Program-made: the position numbers and the translations under genes
Notes under the pieces: generated by a model
What the model was told of the DNA's origin: nothing
Databases searched by the model: none
The model's input: only the letters and a program-made list of their open reading frames with translations
Shown: piece after piece, positions 60,912-64,000 of the stretch
How the letters are laid out: every line of letters begins with the position of its first letter
Numbering within the stretch: position 1 is the stretch's first letter
Assembly: GCA_977020255.1 (NCBI GenBank)
Contig: CDROCS010000506.1
Span: forward strand, 1,550,001-1,614,000
DNA: 64,000 nucleotides
Direction of reading: 5' to 3'
Origin: Obrimoposthia wandeli
Taxonomy: Eukaryota

Positions 60912-60930
60912 CATGAGAATAATTATCATT
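60912..60930. promoter_or_regulatory. Fur box upstream of the protease gene
   Basis: CATGAGAAT-A-ATTATCATT versus AATGATAAT-N-ATTATCATT (16/18), 64 bp upstream of the start. Confidence 0.78.
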
Positions 60931-61186
60931 ACACCTACCAAGAGGTATAAATATATTTATGTATTATTATTCAAGCCATTAATAAAAAAGAAAAAAGCCA
61001 CATATTTACTCAGTAGATACCTCTAACATTAATTAAGTCAGTATGAATAAACCAGCCAGTACATCCATACACACCCTGACAAAACATGACAAAAGTCCAG
61101 CTCGGTTAACTTGCTTAAGATTCGGTATTATCTATAATCCCCGACCATAAAATACTATATACATAAATATAATTAACAGGTATCTC

Positions 61187-61765
61187 ATGAAATCGATTAC
61201 TACATTAAGTACTTTAGCCGCGCTTCTATTAGCGACAAACGTTCAAGCAAACCAAGATGTTTCTGGTTTCTACCTTGGTGGTGGTGTCGGTTCGACGAAT
61301 GTTGAATTAGAACAAGGTTCAATTTCAAGATCGCTTTCAACTGATGGCTCAACGCTGAAATTAATCGGTGGTTATCAATTCAATCGTATCGTCGCGATTG
61401 AAGCGCAATATACTTCATATGGTAAAGTAGACCCTTCTTCTCAAAACTACTCGGAACCTAAAGCAATATCTTTAGCGGCAAATCTTGGTTATACATTTGA
61501 AAATGGTTTACGCCCATTTGCTGTGGTTGGTCTATCTTCACTCGACCTCAATGAAAATATTAAAACGCCATATTATGATGAAACGACTACAGCCTTTCGT
61601 TTTGGTGCAGGTCTAGAATACACACCAGCGGCATTATCAGGTGTAAGTTTCCGTGCTGGTTATGAAGGTGATGCTTTTACTATTGAGGCTCCAGCTGTGT
61701 CAGGTGTGTCAGATGTAAATGTACTCATTGGTTCTGTATATGTAGCTGCATCTTACAAATTCTAA
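61187..61765 (+). CDS. Porin-family / OmpA-like 8-stranded outer membrane beta-barrel protein
   Basis: Signal peptide VQA, GFYLGGGVG, GYQFNRIVAIEAQY, terminal YKF. Confidence 0.88.
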   Translation: MKSITTLSTLAALLLATNVQANQDVSGFYLGGGVGSTNVELEQGSISRSLSTDGSTLKLIGGYQFNRIVAIEAQYTSYGKVDPSSQNYSEPKAISLAANLGYTFENGLRPFAVVGLSSLDLNENIKTPYYDETTTAFRFGAGLEYTPAALSGVSFRAGYEGDAFTIEAPAVSGVSDVNVLIGSVYVAASYKF

Positions 61766-61779
61766 TATTGTAAATGCAT

Positions 61780-61814
61780 AGAGTGGGACTAATATTGCAT
61801 TAGTTCCATTCTCT
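61780..61814. terminator. Hairpin between the convergent OMP and HxlR genes
   Basis: agagtgggactaat-attgc-attagttccattctct. Confidence 0.6.
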
Positions 61815-61891
61815 AATCGAAAAGAAAAGTCCTTCCAAGTTAGTCCATATAACCTATATGTAACTCCCATACTAATAGCAATTCTTACAAC

Positions 61892-62236
61892 CTAGATATG
61901 CGCAGCATCAATTTCATTCTGCAATGCTTCTAACTGCCCCAAAATACCAAGAAATTTTTCACCAAACTCGGTCACGTGATATTCCACTCGAGGCGGTAAT
62001 TCGTTATAAACCGTTTTATCTAAAATACCAAATTCAACATTACGTTTTAAACACTGATTGAGCACTTTAGTCGTCAGCCCTGCTACATTCCGCACCATTT
62101 CACCGGGTCTATTCACGTCATTAGCCAGTAATTGATAGACAGTCAACGACCATTTACAGCCATAAATACTTTCAACCATTCTTGCGCTATTTTCAGGTGC
62201 TGCTTTTCTTACAAATATTTTTTCTTTGTTATTCAT
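61892..62236 (-). CDS. HxlR-family winged-helix regulator
   Basis: GCKWSL..Y.L....NRPGE, LTTKVLNQ.LK, K.VY.ELPPRVEY.VTEFG. Confidence 0.92.
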   Translation of the reverse strand: MNNKEKIFVRKAAPENSARMVESIYGCKWSLTVYQLLANDVNRPGEMVRNVAGLTTKVLNQCLKRNVEFGILDKTVYNELPPRVEYHVTEFGEKFLGILGQLEALQNEIDAAHI

Positions 62237-62243
62237 AAAGATG

Positions 62244-62275
62244 TACCAATAAGTACCTGGGTTACCAATAAGTAC
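62244..62275. promoter_or_regulatory. Duplicated 13-bp operator-like site (taccaataagtac x2, 19-bp period) between the HxlR and SDR genes
   Basis: Exact direct repeat at 62244 and 62263, each with (G/T)TAC-N6-GTAC symmetry. Confidence 0.6.
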
Positions 62276-62338
62276 TTACTATTTAATGAGTTAATTAGCG
62301 TCTAAGATTACCACATACCAAAACTTAGGAGAAAGAAA

Positions 62339-63106
62339 ATGACATTTACACAATCAGGAATTGCACTCATCATTGGTGGCTCAAGTGGCATGGGCTTTGA
62401 AACAGCAAAACAGCTTGTAGAAAACAAAGTACCCGTGGTTATTATTGGTAATAATCAAAAAAAATTAGATAACGCAGTTGCCCAGTTAAATGAAATTGGT
62501 GAGGCTTCAGGTATTCAATTAAACTTATATGATAAAGACAGCGTGGCTAAATTTATTACTGATATTGCCGTGCAAGAACATAATATTAGCTATCTTGTTA
62601 ACTCCGCTGGCTATTTTAATCCTAAGCCTTTTATCGAACATACAGAACAAGACTACGACCTGTATCATGAATTAAATAAAGCGACTTTTTTGCTCACGCA
62701 AGCCGTAACAAAACGCATGATCAACAATGGTGGTGGTAATGTTGTTAACATTGGTTCTATGTGGGGAAAACAAGCGATTAAAGCCACACCGTCTTCAGCT
62801 TATTCAATGGCGAAAGCAGGTCTACATGCTTTAACGAAAAATATGGCGATGGAATTGGCAGAACACAATATTAGAGTAAACGCGGTATCGCCTGCGGTGG
62901 TCAAAACACCAATATATGAAACATTCATCAGCCCAGCAGACATGGAAGCAACATTAGCCAGCTTTAACGATTTCCACCCTATCGGTCGGGTCGGTACACC
63001 GGAAGACATAGCGAACAGTATTTGCTTCTTACTTTCCGATCAATCAAGTTGGGTAACAGGTGCTATTTGGGATGTAGACGGTGGCGTGATCGCGGGTCGA
63101 AATTAA
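62339..63106 (+). CDS. SDR-family NAD(P)-dependent oxidoreductase
   Basis: [44 protein letters not shown]. Confidence 0.95.
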   Translation: MTFTQSGIALIIGGSSGMGFETAKQLVENKVPVVIIGNNQKKLDNAVAQLNEIGEASGIQLNLYDKDSVAKFITDIAVQEHNISYLVNSAGYFNPKPFIEHTEQDYDLYHELNKATFLLTQAVTKRMINNGGGNVVNIGSMWGKQAIKATPSSAYSMAKAGLHALTKNMAMELAEHNIRVNAVSPAVVKTPIYETFISPADMEATLASFNDFHPIGRVGTPEDIANSICFLLSDQSSWVTGAIWDVDGGVIAGRN

Positions 63107-63254
63107 TAATAAAGAGTCGGTTGACTGTAAATGCTGAGTTATGTTCAGTATTTTAACAGCAACACTTAAGTTCTCATGAAGGGGTTTCAGTATGTTGTTA
63201 CCCCGTCATAATTTCGCTAATATACCTAAAGCCTATTATCTTTAAGTATTAGCG

Positions 63255-63848
63255 ATGACGTCATCAATGAATCTAGAATTATTTTCTCGAGAACCGCAAC
63301 AACAACTCTTACCCTATGATGGCGAAGCTTGGCTGTATCCCAATTTTTTTACTGATCTAGATTTAGCTGAACTTAACTCCAGTATTCAATGGCAAGAACA
63401 GCAACTTTTTATGTACGATCAATGGGTAATACCAAAACGATTAGTCTGTCTGTATACCAATAAAAAACACAGTTATAACAACATGACCCATCCAATCTTA
63501 GATTGGCCAACATCACTGTTGCAGCTAGCTAATAAAATAACAGCGGTACATGGTGAAGAATTTAATGCTGTGTTATGTAACTTATACCGTAATGGTAGTG
63601 ATTATGTGGGTTGGCATAGTGATGATGAAAATAACATGGATCAGAGCTGTATCGCCTCCGTTAGTGTTGGCGCTACACGCAGTTTCAAATTTCGCCACAA
63701 AACCACAAAAGAGCAAGTTTCAGTGGAACTAGAACAAGGAGATTTACTGCTAATGCGTTATTGCCAACAGCATTGGCATCACGCCTTACCCAAGCGACTT
63801 AAAGTTGATACATCTCGTATTAATTTGACGTTTCGGCGTATTATTTGA
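63255..63848 (+). CDS. AlkB-like Fe(II)/2OG dioxygenase
   Basis: FNAVLCNLYRNGSD.VGWHSDDE, SVSVGATRSF.F, L..GDLL.M, W.H.LPK, RINLTFR. Confidence 0.93.
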   Translation: MTSSMNLELFSREPQQQLLPYDGEAWLYPNFFTDLDLAELNSSIQWQEQQLFMYDQWVIPKRLVCLYTNKKHSYNNMTHPILDWPTSLLQLANKITAVHGEEFNAVLCNLYRNGSDYVGWHSDDENNMDQSCIASVSVGATRSFKFRHKTTKEQVSVELEQGDLLLMRYCQQHWHHALPKRLKVDTSRINLTFRRII

Positions 63849-64000
63849 GTTTTATAATATTTACTGATTATTTTAAATTTTCATCAAACGAGGTTCGTTC
63901 AACGGTCATCTACGTTAACTTTAATGAGATAGCTTTGTGCATGTTAAAGTATCGGATATAGGCGAAGAAATTAACCTAAGGGTGATAACTGAGTTTCTAG

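Noticed and set aside
61039-61072. Two LexA-box look-alikes (CAGTATGAATAAACCA; CAGTACATCCATACAC, close to the E. coli sulA box)
   Set aside because: Both break the invariant CTG...CAG ends, and the flanking genes are not SOS genes
63134-63148. LexA box upstream of the AlkB-like gene
   Set aside because: The CTG and CAG are separated by 9 nt, not 10
135-63732. Many short ORF-track entries antisense to or overlapping the called genes (e.g. 135-449, 4812-5078, 6445-6837, 24021-24521, 34370-34711)
   Set aside because: They lie wholly within well-supported genes, have no recognisable motifs and are best explained as shadow ORFs

Overview
Chromosomal window from an AT-rich marine gammaproteobacterium. 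Gene order and content look Vibrio/Shewanella/Moritella-like; the taxon is inferred, not shown. The left half is mostly conserved core: a MoxR-DUF58-vWA (Bat) operon, a tandem glycine riboswitch with an alanine/glycine symporter, rluD-pgeF-clpB, bamD, hemE, rsd, fkpA-slyX-slyD-yheV-yheS, yheU-prkB, ribA, mgsA and putA. Between yheS and yheU lies an accessory block with an AT-rich DUF2971 (predicted ADP-ribosyltransferase-like) gene and a Fur-boxed Ttp/TonB operon that has no receptor. The right half (38-64 kb) is accessory metabolism. Its most notable feature is two phosphoester-scavenging ABC systems, each with a well-spaced PhoB (Pho) box. The first is an SBP + alkaline-phosphatase-superfamily enzyme + ABC + HAD operon. 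The second is a Pho-boxed LysR gene followed by a Ugp-like ABC importer whose usual UgpQ is replaced by a PHP-family metallohydrolase and a HAD phosphatase. Also present: a desaturase/reductase pair with FabR/DesT-like boxes, tauD coupled to an unknown lipoprotein, dgkA-eptA, a Fur-boxed GlyGly-CTERM trypsin, an HxlR/SDR pair and an AlkB-like gene. No rRNA, tRNA, CRISPR array, integrase or transposase was seen. All family calls come from motif recognition by eye; no database search was run.
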